Assembly: GCA_039831155.1 (NCBI GenBank)
Contig: JBDONT010000043.1
Location: 128,001-192,000 of the forward strand
Origin: Nautiliaceae bacterium
GTDB lineage: Bacteria; Campylobacterota; Campylobacteria; Campylobacterales; Nautiliaceae
Direction of reading: 5' to 3'
DNA length: 64,000 bases
A program made the translations under genes and the position numbers. Below are positions 9,233 to 19,471 of this stretch, piece after piece (position 1 is the first letter of the stretch; each line of letters opens with the position of its first letter). The notes beneath the pieces were generated by a model. That model searched no databases. It saw only the letters and a program-made list of their open reading frames with translations, and was not told the DNA's origin.

Positions 9233-10660
9233 ATGAAATTTGATTGTATCATTATAGGAAGTGGGATAGCCGGGATTTGGAGTGCTAAATTTTTAAATGA
9301 CGCCGGTTTAAAGACGTTGATTATCACTAAAAACCAGGTATGGGATGCTAACAGTTTTTATGCTCAAGGTGGGGTAACTATGGCTTTGGATGAAGAGGAT
9401 GTCGCTTTGCATATAGAAGATACCCTAAAAGCCGGAGTATTTCATAATAAAAAAGGAATGGTTGAAATTTTAAGTAAATTTTCTTTAAAACTTAAAGAAG
9501 AAATCATTAATTACGGCTTTTCTTTTGATAAAGAGATAACAAAAGAAGCCGCTCACAGCGTAAATAGGGTTTTTCACGCCGGAGGCGATGCGACGGGAAG
9601 AGAACTTCATAGGTTTTTATTAAAAAAAGATAAAAGCTATCTTTTGGATGAAGCGGTTGTTTTTGATTTACTTATAAAAGACGGGGTTTGTTACGGTGTT
9701 AGCGTATTTAAAAATTCTAAAAAATTCAATATTTATGCCAATAACGTAATTATCGCAAGTGGAGGAATAGGAGCTTTATATAAATTCGACACCAACGCAA
9801 GGACTATATCCGGAGATATTCAGGGAATTGCGATTGAAAAGGGAATAGAAGTTAACGATATGGAGATGACTCAATTTCATCCCACCGTTTTTATAGAAAT
9901 GAAAACTTCTCAAAAAATGTTGTTAACGGAAGCTTTAAGAGGAGAGGGTGCTTATATTGTGGATGAAAACGGAGAGAGGTTTGTGTTTGAGTATGATAAA
10001 AGAGGCGAACTTGCCGGACGTGATATCGTAAGCAGGGCTATTTTTATGCATCAGCAAAAAGGGCATAAAGTCTTTTTGAATGTCAGTATGTTTGATGAAG
10101 AGTTTTTTAAAAACCGTTTTCCCACCATTTATAATAAATTGAGAGATTACGGAATTGAAGTTCCTTATGAAAAGATACCTATATCTCCGGCATTTCATTA
10201 TTTTATGGGAGGGATTTGCGTAAATAAAAACTCCAGGGTAAAAGGGTTTAAGAATTTATATGCAGTAGGAGAAGTGGCAAATACCGGCGTTCACGGAGCT
10301 AATAGACTTGCAAGTAACTCTTTGCTTGAGTGTTTTGTATTTGCAAGGCTTGCTGCTAAGGATATTATAAAGAATAACTTCAAAACGGACGATATAGAGT
10401 TTGAAATTTGTTTAGAAGAGCTTTTTAAAGATAACGACAAAGTTTATAAAAACCTTTTAAGAGAGCAAATGTGGAGAAATGTTGGTATAATTCGAAAAGA
10501 GAGCGGCTTAAAAGAGGCTTTGAGTTTTGTTGAAGATACGCTTCCTAAACTGGGAAGAGTGGCGAAACTTAGATTTTTAACGGCAAGGGAGATTATTCTT
10601 GCCGCTTTAAAAAGAAAAGAGTCTTTAGGAGTTCATTACAGAAAGGATAAAGATGAATGA
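9233..10660 (+). CDS. nadB: L-aspartate oxidase
   Basis: GSGIAG FAD motif, SFYAQGG, QFHPT, TEALRGEG, GVHGANRLASNSLLE. Confidence 0.93.
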   Translation: MKFDCIIIGSGIAGIWSAKFLNDAGLKTLIITKNQVWDANSFYAQGGVTMALDEEDVALHIEDTLKAGVFHNKKGMVEILSKFSLKLKEEIINYGFSFDKEITKEAAHSVNRVFHAGGDATGRELHRFLLKKDKSYLLDEAVVFDLLIKDGVCYGVSVFKNSKKFNIYANNVIIASGGIGALYKFDTNARTISGDIQGIAIEKGIEVNDMEMTQFHPTVFIEMKTSQKMLLTEALRGEGAYIVDENGERFVFEYDKRGELAGRDIVSRAIFMHQQKGHKVFLNVSMFDEEFFKNRFPTIYNKLRDYGIEVPYEKIPISPAFHYFMGGICVNKNSRVKGFKNLYAVGEVANTGVHGANRLASNSLLECFVFARLAAKDIIKNNFKTDDIEFEICLEELFKDNDKVYKNLLREQMWRNVGIIRKESGLKEALSFVEDTLPKLGRVAKLRFLTAREIILAALKRKESLGVHYRKDKDE

Positions 10661-11966
10661 AGAGATGCTGATTCACGATTTTACCCATACGTGGGTTGGA
10701 TATTTGGTTTTAGTTATTTTTGTTGTAGGGTATTATTTTATTGCAACGGAAGAGAAGTTTGAGATAAATAAAGCGAAACCGGCTTTATTTATAGGTACTT
10801 TTTCTTTTATGTTAATCGGGATTTATTTTGCTATTAATGGTCTTGATCCGACTCCACTTCATCACGAAATGCAAAAGCTTATTTTGGAAATTGCAGAAAT
10901 TTTCTTCTTTCTATTTGTGGCTATGACTTATATTGAAAGTCTTATTGAAAGAGGTGTTTTTGACGCTTTAAAATATAGGCTTATTTCAAGAGGATATAGC
11001 TATAAAAAGCTTTTTTGGATTACTGGGACTCTTGCTTTTTGGATTTCACCGGTAGCCGATAACTTAACGACGGCTTTAATTTTATCTACGGTTTTATATA
11101 CTATAGATAAACACAACAAAGAATTCTTAGTACCGGGTGCTATTAACATAGTAGTCGCCGCTAATGCCGGTGGAGCGTGGTCTCCTTTTGGAGATATTAC
11201 GACTCTTATGGCTTGGACTGCCGGAAAGGGTGAGTTTATAGATTTTTTAGCTCTTTTCCCGGCTTCTATTTTAGGATGGCTTTTAACGGCTTGGCTTTTA
11301 AGCCTTTTCGTTCCTAAAGGAGAACCTCATTTTGATGCACTTACAACACCTAAGGTTGAAATAAAAAAAGGTGGTATGACTATTGTATATCTTGGTATTT
11401 TAACTATCGTAATCGCAGTACTGGGTCATATTTTCTTACACTTCCCGGCAATGTGGGGAATGATGTTCGGACTTGCGATACTTCAACTTTATACCTTTTA
11501 TCATAAAAGAAAACACAAAGAGCGTATAAATATTTTTGTAAATATGCAAAAAGTAGAAAACGATACTTTGCTTTTCTTTTTCGGGATTTTAAGTGCCGTA
11601 GGTGCTTTATATTTTCTTGGATGGTTGATGTATGTTACGAAACTTTATGAGGTTATAGGTCCTACATACGGAAATATAGGAGTAGGGTTTATAAGTGCTA
11701 TTGTAGATAACGTACCGGTAATGGCTGCAATCCTTAAAGCAAATCCTCCTATGGGTGCCGATGAGTGGATGCTTGTAACTTTAACTGCCGGAATCGGTGG
11801 TAGTATGATAAGTTTCGGAAGTGCCGCCGGGGTTGGTGTAATGGGTAGAATGAGAGGAATTTATACTTTTAACTCTCATATGAAATATGCTTGGACGGTG
11901 GTACTTGGGTACTTTTTAAGTATAGCTATATGGTATTTTCAATTTGAAATTTTGAAGTTATATTAA
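10653..11966 (+). CDS. nhaD: Na+/H+ antiporter NhaD
   Basis: ADNLTTAL, AANAGGAWSPFGDITT and SAIVDNVP motifs; multiple TM helices. Confidence 0.88.
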   Translation: MNEEMLIHDFTHTWVGYLVLVIFVVGYYFIATEEKFEINKAKPALFIGTFSFMLIGIYFAINGLDPTPLHHEMQKLILEIAEIFFFLFVAMTYIESLIERGVFDALKYRLISRGYSYKKLFWITGTLAFWISPVADNLTTALILSTVLYTIDKHNKEFLVPGAINIVVAANAGGAWSPFGDITTLMAWTAGKGEFIDFLALFPASILGWLLTAWLLSLFVPKGEPHFDALTTPKVEIKKGGMTIVYLGILTIVIAVLGHIFLHFPAMWGMMFGLAILQLYTFYHKRKHKERINIFVNMQKVENDTLLFFFGILSAVGALYFLGWLMYVTKLYEVIGPTYGNIGVGFISAIVDNVPVMAAILKANPPMGADEWMLVTLTAGIGGSMISFGSAAGVGVMGRMRGIYTFNSHMKYAWTVVLGYFLSIAIWYFQFEILKLY

Positions 11967-11978
11967 ATAAAAAGGAGA

Positions 11979-13517
11979 ATGATGCAAGTTGAAATATTAA
12001 TTTTGGATTTTGGTAGTCAATATACACAATTAATCGCAAGACGTCTTAGAGAAGAAGGTGTATATAGTGAGATAGTGCCTTATTTTGACGGGCTAAAAGC
12101 AGCAAAAGAAAAAAAACCAAAAGGTATAATTTTTAGTGGAGGTCCTGCGAGTGTTTATGAAAAAGACGCATATAGAGTTGATAAAGAAATTTATGAACTT
12201 GGACTTCCGATTTTAGGTATTTGTTACGGAATGCAGTTAATTACGGTTGATTTTGGTGGAGAAGTTGTAAGAGCCGACCATCACGAATACGGAAAAGCAG
12301 AGTTGTTTATAGATGAACCTCATAAACTTTTCGATGATGTAAGTAATCCTACAATCGTATGGATGAGTCACGGAGACAGAGTGGAAAAACTAGCTCCCGG
12401 ATTTAAAAGAATCGCTCATACTTCAAACGCTCCTTATGCGGCTATTGTGAATGAAGAAAAAGAGATTTATGCGATTCAGTTTCACCCGGAAGTTACTCAC
12501 AGCGTAGAAGGTGCTAAAATTCTTAGAAACTTTGCAAGAAATGTTTGTGGAGTTACAAGTAAATGGGATATGGCACATTTTGCAAAAGAGCAAATCAAAA
12601 AAATCAGAGAACAGGTTGGAGATAATAAAGTAATTTGTGCTTTAAGTGGAGGGGTTGACAGTAGTGTAACTGCTGCACTTTTACACGAAGCCATCGGTGA
12701 TAAACTTATTCCTATTTTTGTTGATACCGGTCTGCTTAGAAAAAATGAAAGAGAAGAGGTTGAACACGCTTTTAAAAATGTCCTTCACGTGCCTTTAATT
12801 ACGGTTGATGCTAGAGAAAAATTCTTAAGTAGACTAAAAGGTGTAATTGACCCTGAAGAAAAAAGAAAAATTATAGGTCATACATTTATCGAAGTGTTTG
12901 ACGAAGAAGCAAAAAAACATAAAGACGCTAAATTTTTAGCTCAAGGGACTTTGTATCCGGATGTTATTGAGAGTGTGAGTGTAAAAGGTCCTTCTAAAAC
13001 AATTAAATCACATCATAACGTAGGTGGACTTCCGGATTGGATGAAGTTTGAACTGATTGAGCCTTTAAGAGAACTGTTTAAAGATGAAGTTAGAAAACTA
13101 GGACTTGAACTTGGTCTGCCAAAAGACTTGGTGTATCGTCATCCGTTCCCGGGACCTGGACTTGCTATTAGAATTATGGGTGAAGTAAATGGAAAAGACC
13201 TTGAAATTTTAAGAGAAGCCGATGCGATTTTAATTCAAGAGCTTAAAGCTTGGGGACTTTATGATAAAGTATGGCAAGCGTTTGCAGTGCTTTTAAATGT
13301 AAGAAGTGTAGGGGTAATGGGAGATAACAGAACTTATGACAATACGGTGGCGATTAGATGTGTAAGTTCGACTGACGGAATGACGGCGACATTTTCTCAT
13401 TTACCACACGAATTTTTAGAAAGAGTTAGTACTAGAATTATTAATGAGGTTGACGGAATAAATAGGGTTGTTTATGATATTTCTTCTAAACCTCCTGCAA
13501 CAATTGAATGGGAGTAA
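11979..13517 (+). CDS. guaA: GMP synthase (glutamine-hydrolysing)
   Basis: [36 protein letters not shown]. Confidence 0.98.
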   Translation: MMQVEILILDFGSQYTQLIARRLREEGVYSEIVPYFDGLKAAKEKKPKGIIFSGGPASVYEKDAYRVDKEIYELGLPILGICYGMQLITVDFGGEVVRADHHEYGKAELFIDEPHKLFDDVSNPTIVWMSHGDRVEKLAPGFKRIAHTSNAPYAAIVNEEKEIYAIQFHPEVTHSVEGAKILRNFARNVCGVTSKWDMAHFAKEQIKKIREQVGDNKVICALSGGVDSSVTAALLHEAIGDKLIPIFVDTGLLRKNEREEVEHAFKNVLHVPLITVDAREKFLSRLKGVIDPEEKRKIIGHTFIEVFDEEAKKHKDAKFLAQGTLYPDVIESVSVKGPSKTIKSHHNVGGLPDWMKFELIEPLRELFKDEVRKLGLELGLPKDLVYRHPFPGPGLAIRIMGEVNGKDLEILREADAILIQELKAWGLYDKVWQAFAVLLNVRSVGVMGDNRTYDNTVAIRCVSSTDGMTATFSHLPHEFLERVSTRIINEVDGINRVVYDISSKPPATIEWE

Positions 13518-14171
13518 TTGTTGAAAAATTTAAAACTTCCTATTTATGTATTAACTGAAGAGAAATATGAAGGGGCTTTGAATTACCCGGTTTTAAAAAT
13601 TAACTTTTTCTCCCCTTCCGTTTCATTTGAAGGGGTTGATTTTCTTTTATTTACTTCTAAAAACGGAGTTAGGGCTATTGACAATATTACTGATGAGTGG
13701 AAAAAAATTCCTTCTTTAGCTATAGGCAAAGCTACTGCCAATGAAATAAAAAAAAGAGGTGCTGTATTGGAATATGTGGCAAAATCTTCTTATGGAGAGG
13801 ATTTTGCAAAAGAAGTTATTAAAAGATATCATAATAAAACTTTTCTTTTTTTAAGAGCTAAAAAGATTATAAGTGATATAAAAGGGATTTTTGACTCTTC
13901 TTCAAATAGGCTGATAGAAAAGATTGTTTATGAGAGTGTTTGTCAAAAGCCTGACGGCTTTATTAAAAAACCGGCTTTTGTTATATTTTCTTCTCCTTCG
14001 ACGGTTGAATGTTTTTTGAAAGTGGAAGATATGGAAAATATTATTCCTATAGCCATAGGAAAAAAGACAAAAGAGGCTTTAATTAAACATAAAATAACCT
14101 CTTATCTTATGCCGAAAATACCTAGTATAAAAGAGTCTATTTTACTTGCAAAGAGCGTGAAATTTAAGTAA
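13518..14171 (+). CDS. hemD: Uroporphyrinogen-III synthase
   Basis: FTSKNGV, FSSPSTV and AIGKKT motifs. Confidence 0.85.
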   Translation: MLKNLKLPIYVLTEEKYEGALNYPVLKINFFSPSVSFEGVDFLLFTSKNGVRAIDNITDEWKKIPSLAIGKATANEIKKRGAVLEYVAKSSYGEDFAKEVIKRYHNKTFLFLRAKKIISDIKGIFDSSSNRLIEKIVYESVCQKPDGFIKKPAFVIFSSPSTVECFLKVEDMENIIPIAIGKKTKEALIKHKITSYLMPKIPSIKESILLAKSVKFK

Positions 14172-14241
14172 AATATAAAAAGTGTTTTTTAAACTTTAAC
14201 TAGTTTATTTAAAAAAGCTTATTGAAAAACACTCACTTTTA

Positions 14242-14250
14242 TGATATAAT
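14242..14250 (+). promoter_or_regulatory. Extended -10 promoter (TGATATAAT) for 6S RNA
   Basis: Perfect TGnTATAAT a few nt upstream of the RNA stem. Confidence 0.7.
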
Positions 14251-14253
14251 TCC

Positions 14254-14427
14254 AACTCCTGGGAGGAGCGCTACCCGCACATTTTGGGGCCCTACAACTA
14301 ATCTTCTAGAGGAGACGGTAGGGTGGGGGTGTGTGGCGATATGGTTTCGCCCCTAAACCCACCCTCCTATCCTCACTTTGTGGCTTTCGGGAGCCCAAAG
14401 TCACTGCGTGAACGCCCTCCTGGGGTT
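14254..14427 (+). ncRNA. ssrS: 6S RNA
   Basis: ~175-nt GC-rich non-coding rod. Terminal stem AACTCCTGGGAGGAGCG/CGCCCTCCTGGGGTT; inner stem GAGGAGACGGTAGGGTGGG/CCCACCCTCCTATCCTC; central bubble; own promoter; guaA-hemD neighbourhood. Confidence 0.8.
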
Positions 14428-14713
14428 TAAAACTTCTATCTTTTAAAAATATCTAAGAATTTAAATTACTTCGTTAAATTCATATAGCGTTGTAATACTT
14501 CTTTATATTCTCATTGCTACTTTTACTCCTTATTACAAAAAGATAAAAGTAAAACCAAAATTCTGATTTAGAGAAAAAGAGCAAAAAGGGATACTTGGTA
14601 GTTATGATATGTTAAATCGTTTTAAAACCGAGAGGTATTGAGAAAATATTCAATACTATTAGATTTAAGTATCTGATTAAAAAGTATGTTGATTTGTTTG
14701 GTAAAATGTTTAA

Positions 14714-14989
14714 ATCAGAAAAGTAATTTATACCACCATTAATGTTATTGAATCCGTCCATAGACAATTTAGGAAATTCACTAAAACCAAAGGTGCTTTT
14801 CCAAATGAAAACAGTTTACTTAAATTACTTTATATGGGAATCCAAAATGCTGAAAAAAAATGGACTATGCCGATTAGAAACTGGAATCTGACACTGTCTC
14901 AGCTGGCAATTTTCTTTGAAGGAAGACTGGATGGGGCTTTAAATCTATGATATAATTTTCTTAGCTGACACGGAATTATGAACGGTCTC
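14714..14989 (+). mobile_element. IS256-family remnant (transposase C-terminus plus right end)
   Basis: 14714-14950 translates [40 protein letters not shown]...[25 protein letters not shown]; followed by IS256-like end TGACACGGAATTATGAACGGTCTC. Confidence 0.88.
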
Positions 14990-15112
14990 ATTAAAGAGGG
15001 GGATTTTGCTCGTGCCGCAGAAGAAGCTAAAAACAGCAAGTGGTGTAAGCAAGTAGGCAGCAGGTGCGAGGACGTTTATGAGATATTTTTAGGTAGATTT
15101 AATAGTTTATAA
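14990..15112 (+). pseudogene. Phage lysozyme (GH24/T4-like) C-terminal fragment
   Basis: IKEGDFARAAEEAKNSKWCKQVGSRCEDV resembles the AA.E..S.W..Q...R helix of T4-type lysozymes; begins exactly at the IS end. Confidence 0.65.
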
Positions 15113-15116
15113 AGTA

Positions 15117-15158
15117 TCAGTAAAATTGTCAGTAAAAAGCCACTAAAATCCACTGACA
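15117..15158. repeat. Short direct/inverted repeats resembling integrase arm-binding sites
   Basis: TCAGTAAAA at 15117 and 15129, CCACTAAAA at 15140, CCACTGACA at 15150; ~50 bp beyond the tRNA 3' end. Confidence 0.45.
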
Positions 15159-15210
15159 TTTTTAATTTTGAGTTTTAAAAAGTCCCTAAATTTCGGAGTC
15201 TTTTGAGCAT

Positions 15211-15287
15211 TGGCGTCCCCGGCGCGATTTGAACGCACGACCCCCACCTCCGCAGGGTGGTGCTCTATCCAGCTGAGCTACGGGGAC
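15211..15287 (-). tRNA. tRNA-Arg (anticodon GCG)
   Basis: Reverse complement GTCCCCGTAGCTCAGCTGGATAGAGCACCACCCT-GCG-GAGGTGGGGGTCGTGCGTTCAAATCGCGCCGGGGACGCCA folds as a cloverleaf with encoded CCA; TGATATAAT at 15313-15321 (-). Confidence 0.96.
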
Positions 15288-15327
15288 TAAATATGAAAAA
15301 GGGGGGATTGAAATTATATCAAAAAAA

Positions 15328-15669
15328 TTATTTTAATACAATAACAGCAGCTATAGCGTAATTTCCATCGTGAGAAATAGATAAGTCGGCATTTTTTAAG
15401 TTAAATTTTTTAAGAGTTTTATTAGAAAAATAGGGTTTATTTTTTTCATCTTTTAATATTTCTATATCTAAAAAATTACATTCTTTCCCTATACCGGTGC
15501 CTATTGCTTTTGAGAAAGCCTCTTTTGCCGCCCAATACCCGGCTATGGATTGAGAAGATTTTAGAAGTTTTATTTCTGTAGGAGACAAGAATCTATTCAA
15601 AGCTTTGTCTCCGAATTTTTCTATCATTTTTTCTATTCTTTTAATATTAACTATATCAATTCCTATCAT
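15328..15669 (-). CDS. acpS: Holo-ACP synthase
   Basis: IGIDIV, WAAKEAFSKAIGTG, LSISHD. Confidence 0.95.
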   Translation of the reverse strand: MIGIDIVNIKRIEKMIEKFGDKALNRFLSPTEIKLLKSSQSIAGYWAAKEAFSKAIGTGIGKECNFLDIEILKDEKNKPYFSNKTLKKFNLKNADLSISHDGNYAIAAVIVLK

Positions 15670-16190
15670 TGAATAACAAACTCCGTAAAATATACGTTTC
15701 TTATTTCTCCGGTGGATAATATTTCATTTATTTTTCTTTTTATTTCTTCTTTTAGTTTTTCTTTTCCTTTTGCCGTTTGAATTTCTTCTACGCTTTTACT
15801 TGAAAGAATTCTGATTACCAAATCTCTAATTGCCGGAAGTTTTTTATCCACTTCTTGTTGCAATTCCGGAGAATCTAATTCCAGGTCTATTTTGCATTTT
15901 AAGTATCTGTTAGCGTTATTTGAAACAAGGTTTACGATAAATTGGTCTAATGGATAAATAGGACCTATTTCAGTCATATTTTTAACTTCTCTTTTTTTCT
16001 CTACTTTTTGAGTTTCTTGAGGTTGTTCCGGATTGTCATCTCCACTAAGTAGAAAATAAGCCACTAAACCTCCTACTATCAGTAAAATTAAAAGTAAAAC
16101 AATAATAACAATTAAAAGTAACTTACTATTATTTCCTTTGTTTTCGGATGATTCTTCTTGATTTTCTTGATTTTCTTTTTCTTCAGCCAT
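15666..16190 (-). CDS. fliL: Flagellar basal body-associated protein FliL
   Basis: Single N-terminal TM; FIVNL, IRD and VYFTEFVIQ motifs. Confidence 0.93.
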   Translation of the reverse strand: MAEEKENQENQEESSENKGNNSKLLLIVIIVLLLILLIVGGLVAYFLLSGDDNPEQPQETQKVEKKREVKNMTEIGPIYPLDQFIVNLVSNNANRYLKCKIDLELDSPELQQEVDKKLPAIRDLVIRILSSKSVEEIQTAKGKEKLKEEIKRKINEILSTGEIRNVYFTEFVIQ

Positions 16191-16240
16191 TTTTACCCTT
16201 TATTTAAGTTGTGATATAATTTTAACAAAAAAGGCTAAAA

Positions 16241-17020
16241 TTGATAAATAACTTTTTCTATTTTATAGGTAAAAATGTTTTGAATTTTTTTGAATCTTTA
16301 GGAAACTTTTTTTTATTTCAATTAAGGGTAGTTCCTCTTTTTTTTAAAAAGCCTTTTAGAGTTAAGCAAATTATAGAACAAGTTTATTTTATGGGATTCG
16401 GAAGTTTAGGAGTTATATTTTTAACTTCTTTTTTTACCGGGCTTGTGGAAGCGGTTCAGCTTTATAACGGTTTTCATAAATTTGGGGTAGAGGATTTTAT
16501 GGGATATACTATTTTTATTTCTATTTGTAAAGAATTAGGTCCTGTTTTTACTTCTTTAATGGTTATTAGTAGAGGAATTAGTGCATATGCAGCAGAACTT
16601 GGAAGTATGAGAGTAACCGAACAAATAGACGCTCTTGATGTAATGGCTGTAAATTCAAAACAATATCTTATAGTGCCAAGGATACTTGGTACTATGATTT
16701 CTTTGCCTTTATTGATTCTGTTTTTTGATACGGTTGCTAATATAGGAGCTTATTTAATTTCGATTTGGACATTGGATGTAAATGGATTTACTTATATAGA
16801 AAATATAAAACAATTAGGAGAAATAAGGGATTTTTCGGAAGGAGTTGTAAAGGGAGTGGTATTTGCTTATTTGATAAGTGCTATAGGTACGTATATAGGA
16901 TATAATACAAAAGGCGGGGCAAAAGGGGTAGGAGTGAGTACGACTAAAGCCGTAGTAGTTTCTTCTATTATTATTTTTATAACGGATTATATTATTTCAG
17001 CATTATATCTTATAATATAA
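16241..17020 (+). CDS. mlaE: MlaE family ABC permease
   Basis: ELGPV, AELGSMRVTEQIDAL, GAKGVGVSTTKAVV; TGATATAAT at 16212. Confidence 0.9.
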   Translation: MINNFFYFIGKNVLNFFESLGNFFLFQLRVVPLFFKKPFRVKQIIEQVYFMGFGSLGVIFLTSFFTGLVEAVQLYNGFHKFGVEDFMGYTIFISICKELGPVFTSLMVISRGISAYAAELGSMRVTEQIDALDVMAVNSKQYLIVPRILGTMISLPLLILFFDTVANIGAYLISIWTLDVNGFTYIENIKQLGEIRDFSEGVVKGVVFAYLISAIGTYIGYNTKGGAKGVGVSTTKAVVVSSIIIFITDYIISALYLII

Positions 17021-17030
17021 AAAAGAAGGA

Positions 17031-18137
17031 TTAATCCTTCATTCTTCTAAGATAAGCCGGAGCATCTAAAGAATTAGGGTCTATCTCTATTCCACCTGAA
17101 ACTTTTTTTACAAAATTTTGCATAATTTCTTCTTTTTTCTCTTCAACCGGCTTTTTTTCGTTTTTGCTTTTTTCAAATCCGGTTGCAACTATTGTGACTT
17201 TAATTTCATCCGGTGCAAGAGAATTATCGGTTGTTGTACCGAATATTATATCAGCATTCATATCTGCTTTTTCATAAATTGTATGCATACCTTCGTCGAT
17301 TTCCGCTAGAGGATAATCGTCGTGCAGTGTAAAGTGTACAAGCACACCCATTGCTCCGTCAATTGAAAGATTATCAAGCAGAGGCGATTCAATAGCTTTT
17401 TTAATAGCGTTTAATGCGGCGTTTTCACCTTTATCGCTACCCATACCCATTAAAGCCAGACCTTGGTATGACATTACTGTTTTTAGGTCGTTAAAGTCTA
17501 CGTTAATATCGTTTTCAGAGTAGCTAATTACCATATTCGAAATACCGCTTACAGCTTGATACAATACATCATCCACTAAAGCAAAAGCGGCTCTTCTTCC
17601 GGCTTTTCTATCAATAATAGTTAAGAGTTTTTCATTTGGAATAACAACTATTGAGTTTGCTTCTTTTTTAAGTTCTTCCGTTCCTTCTTCTGCCAGTCTT
17701 TGTCTTTTAGGTCCTTCAAACGGGAAAGGCTTTGTAACAACACCTACGGTTAAAGCTCCGACTTCTTGAGCGGCTTTTGCTATTACCGGAGCCGCTCCGG
17801 TACCTGTACCTCCACCCATTCCGGCAGAAATAAATACTAAATCAGCTCCGTTTAACGCTTCTTTTATCTCTTCAAAACTCTCTTCTGCAGCCTGTTTTCC
17901 GACTTCCGGTTTCATTCCGGCACCAAGTCCGTTGGTTAGTTTTGCACCTAATTGGATTTTTTTGTGTGCTTTGCTTGTTTTTAAAGCTTGAATATCAGTG
18001 TTTGCAGCTATTAGTTCTACACCTTTTATCTCTTTTGAAGCAATATGATTTATCATATTGTTTCCACCACCACCTACACCTATTACTTTTATGTTTGGTC
18101 CGTCGATTGTTTCGTTTATTTTAAATAATTCGCTCAT
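17031..18137 (-). CDS. ftsZ: Cell division protein FtsZ
   Basis: [17 protein letters not shown] tubulin motif, INVDFND, C-terminal peptide. Confidence 0.98.
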   Translation of the reverse strand: MSELFKINETIDGPNIKVIGVGGGGNNMINHIASKEIKGVELIAANTDIQALKTSKAHKKIQLGAKLTNGLGAGMKPEVGKQAAEESFEEIKEALNGADLVFISAGMGGGTGTGAAPVIAKAAQEVGALTVGVVTKPFPFEGPKRQRLAEEGTEELKKEANSIVVIPNEKLLTIIDRKAGRRAAFALVDDVLYQAVSGISNMVISYSENDINVDFNDLKTVMSYQGLALMGMGSDKGENAALNAIKKAIESPLLDNLSIDGAMGVLVHFTLHDDYPLAEIDEGMHTIYEKADMNADIIFGTTTDNSLAPDEIKVTIVATGFEKSKNEKKPVEEKKEEIMQNFVKKVSGGIEIDPNSLDAPAYLRRMKD

Positions 18138-18147
18138 TGTTCACCCC

Positions 18148-19461
18148 TTAAAATAGATTATTTAGCCAGTTTATAAATTTTTTAATCGGATTGATGTCTT
18201 CTTTTTGTGCTATTCTTGCTAGGTCCTCCTTTTCGTTTTTTTTAGCTTCTTGTTGTACAACTATTTGAGGTTGTTGAATCTCTTCAATTGTTTCTGTGAC
18301 AAATTGTTGATTTGAGTCTTTTTCATATTTGCTGCTTTTACCGGTAGCATACATCAGTAAACCTATAACGGTTGAAAACTCCGGTTTTTGAAGGTTTTCA
18401 ACCAGTCCGTTTATAATTTTCGGTTTTCCAAGTCTTACCGGATGTCCTTCAAAAAATTGAGAGGCTATTTCTTTTACGTTATAAAAATTCGTAAACCCTC
18501 CTGTTAGTACGATACCGGCACCTATTTGAGATTCTAAACCACTTCTTTGAATTTCTTTGTTTAGAAGTAAAAACGTCTCTTCAATCCTTGCACTTATTAC
18601 TTGAGTGATTGTACTTAAAGAGGCTTTTTGTTTTTCGTTGTCGCTTCCTATTACCGATATTTCGATTAAATCTTCGCCACTTTTGATAAGTTCTTCAAAG
18701 TGGGTTTTTATATATTCGGCTTCGCTAGGTTTTGTATGTAAAGCCATTGATAAATCACTTGTAATATGATGGCTTCCTACTGCTAAGAAGTCTATATGTC
18801 TTAGGGCTTTATTTACAAATATAGCCATATCGGAAGTTGATGCACCTATGTCTATTACTGCAACGCCTAGTTCTTTTTCGTCATCGTTTAAGACCGCAAG
18901 TGCACTGGCATATCCTGCATTTACTATATTTAAAATTTCTATACCGGCTTGTTGGAAAGTTTTTTTTAGGTTTTCCATTCCGGATTTTTTAGCCAAGATT
19001 ATATGTAAAGAGACTTCAAGTCTGCTTCCCGTCATTCCTTGTGGATCGTCTATTTCCGTTAATTCGTCCACTTTAAAATTATAAGGAATCGCCTGTAATA
19101 CTAGATAATCTTGAGGTATGTCAGCATTATATAAAGCGTTTTGTATAGCTCTGTTTATCTCTTTTAGATTTATTTCGTTTTCCGGAATATTTACAACGCC
19201 GTTACTTGTGATGCTTTGGGTGTAGGCAGAAGATATCGAAACTATCGCTTTATTGATATCGATTCCTGCGATTCTTTTTGCGTGGGCTACCGATTCTTTT
19301 ATAGATTTTACGGTTTCGTCTATATTTACTATAGCTCCTTTTTTTACTCCGTTTGATTTGGAAATTCCTACTCCACTTATTGAAAGTTTTTCTTTGTCAT
19401 AGTTGGCAATAACGGCTATTGTTTTAAAACTTCCTACATCAATGGCTAATATTTGTTTCAA
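18148..19461 (-). CDS. ftsA: Cell division protein FtsA
   Basis: AIDVGS, IDIGA, VLTGG; C-terminal amphipathic helix; directly upstream of ftsZ. Confidence 0.95.
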   Translation of the reverse strand: MKQILAIDVGSFKTIAVIANYDKEKLSISGVGISKSNGVKKGAIVNIDETVKSIKESVAHAKRIAGIDINKAIVSISSAYTQSITSNGVVNIPENEINLKEINRAIQNALYNADIPQDYLVLQAIPYNFKVDELTEIDDPQGMTGSRLEVSLHIILAKKSGMENLKKTFQQAGIEILNIVNAGYASALAVLNDDEKELGVAVIDIGASTSDMAIFVNKALRHIDFLAVGSHHITSDLSMALHTKPSEAEYIKTHFEELIKSGEDLIEISVIGSDNEKQKASLSTITQVISARIEETFLLLNKEIQRSGLESQIGAGIVLTGGFTNFYNVKEIASQFFEGHPVRLGKPKIINGLVENLQKPEFSTVIGLLMYATGKSSKYEKDSNQQFVTETIEEIQQPQIVVQQEAKKNEKEDLARIAQKEDINPIKKFINWLNNLF

Positions 19462-19471
19462 TTTTATTCCT

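Noticed and set aside
9109-9327. 72-aa minus-strand ORF
   Set aside because: Overlaps nadB antisense; the + strand lipobox ORF explains the region better
14430-14713. AT-rich spacer with a small inverted repeat GTATTGA..TCAATAC and RBS-like bits
   Set aside because: No coherent ORF or recognisable family; probably decayed mobile DNA
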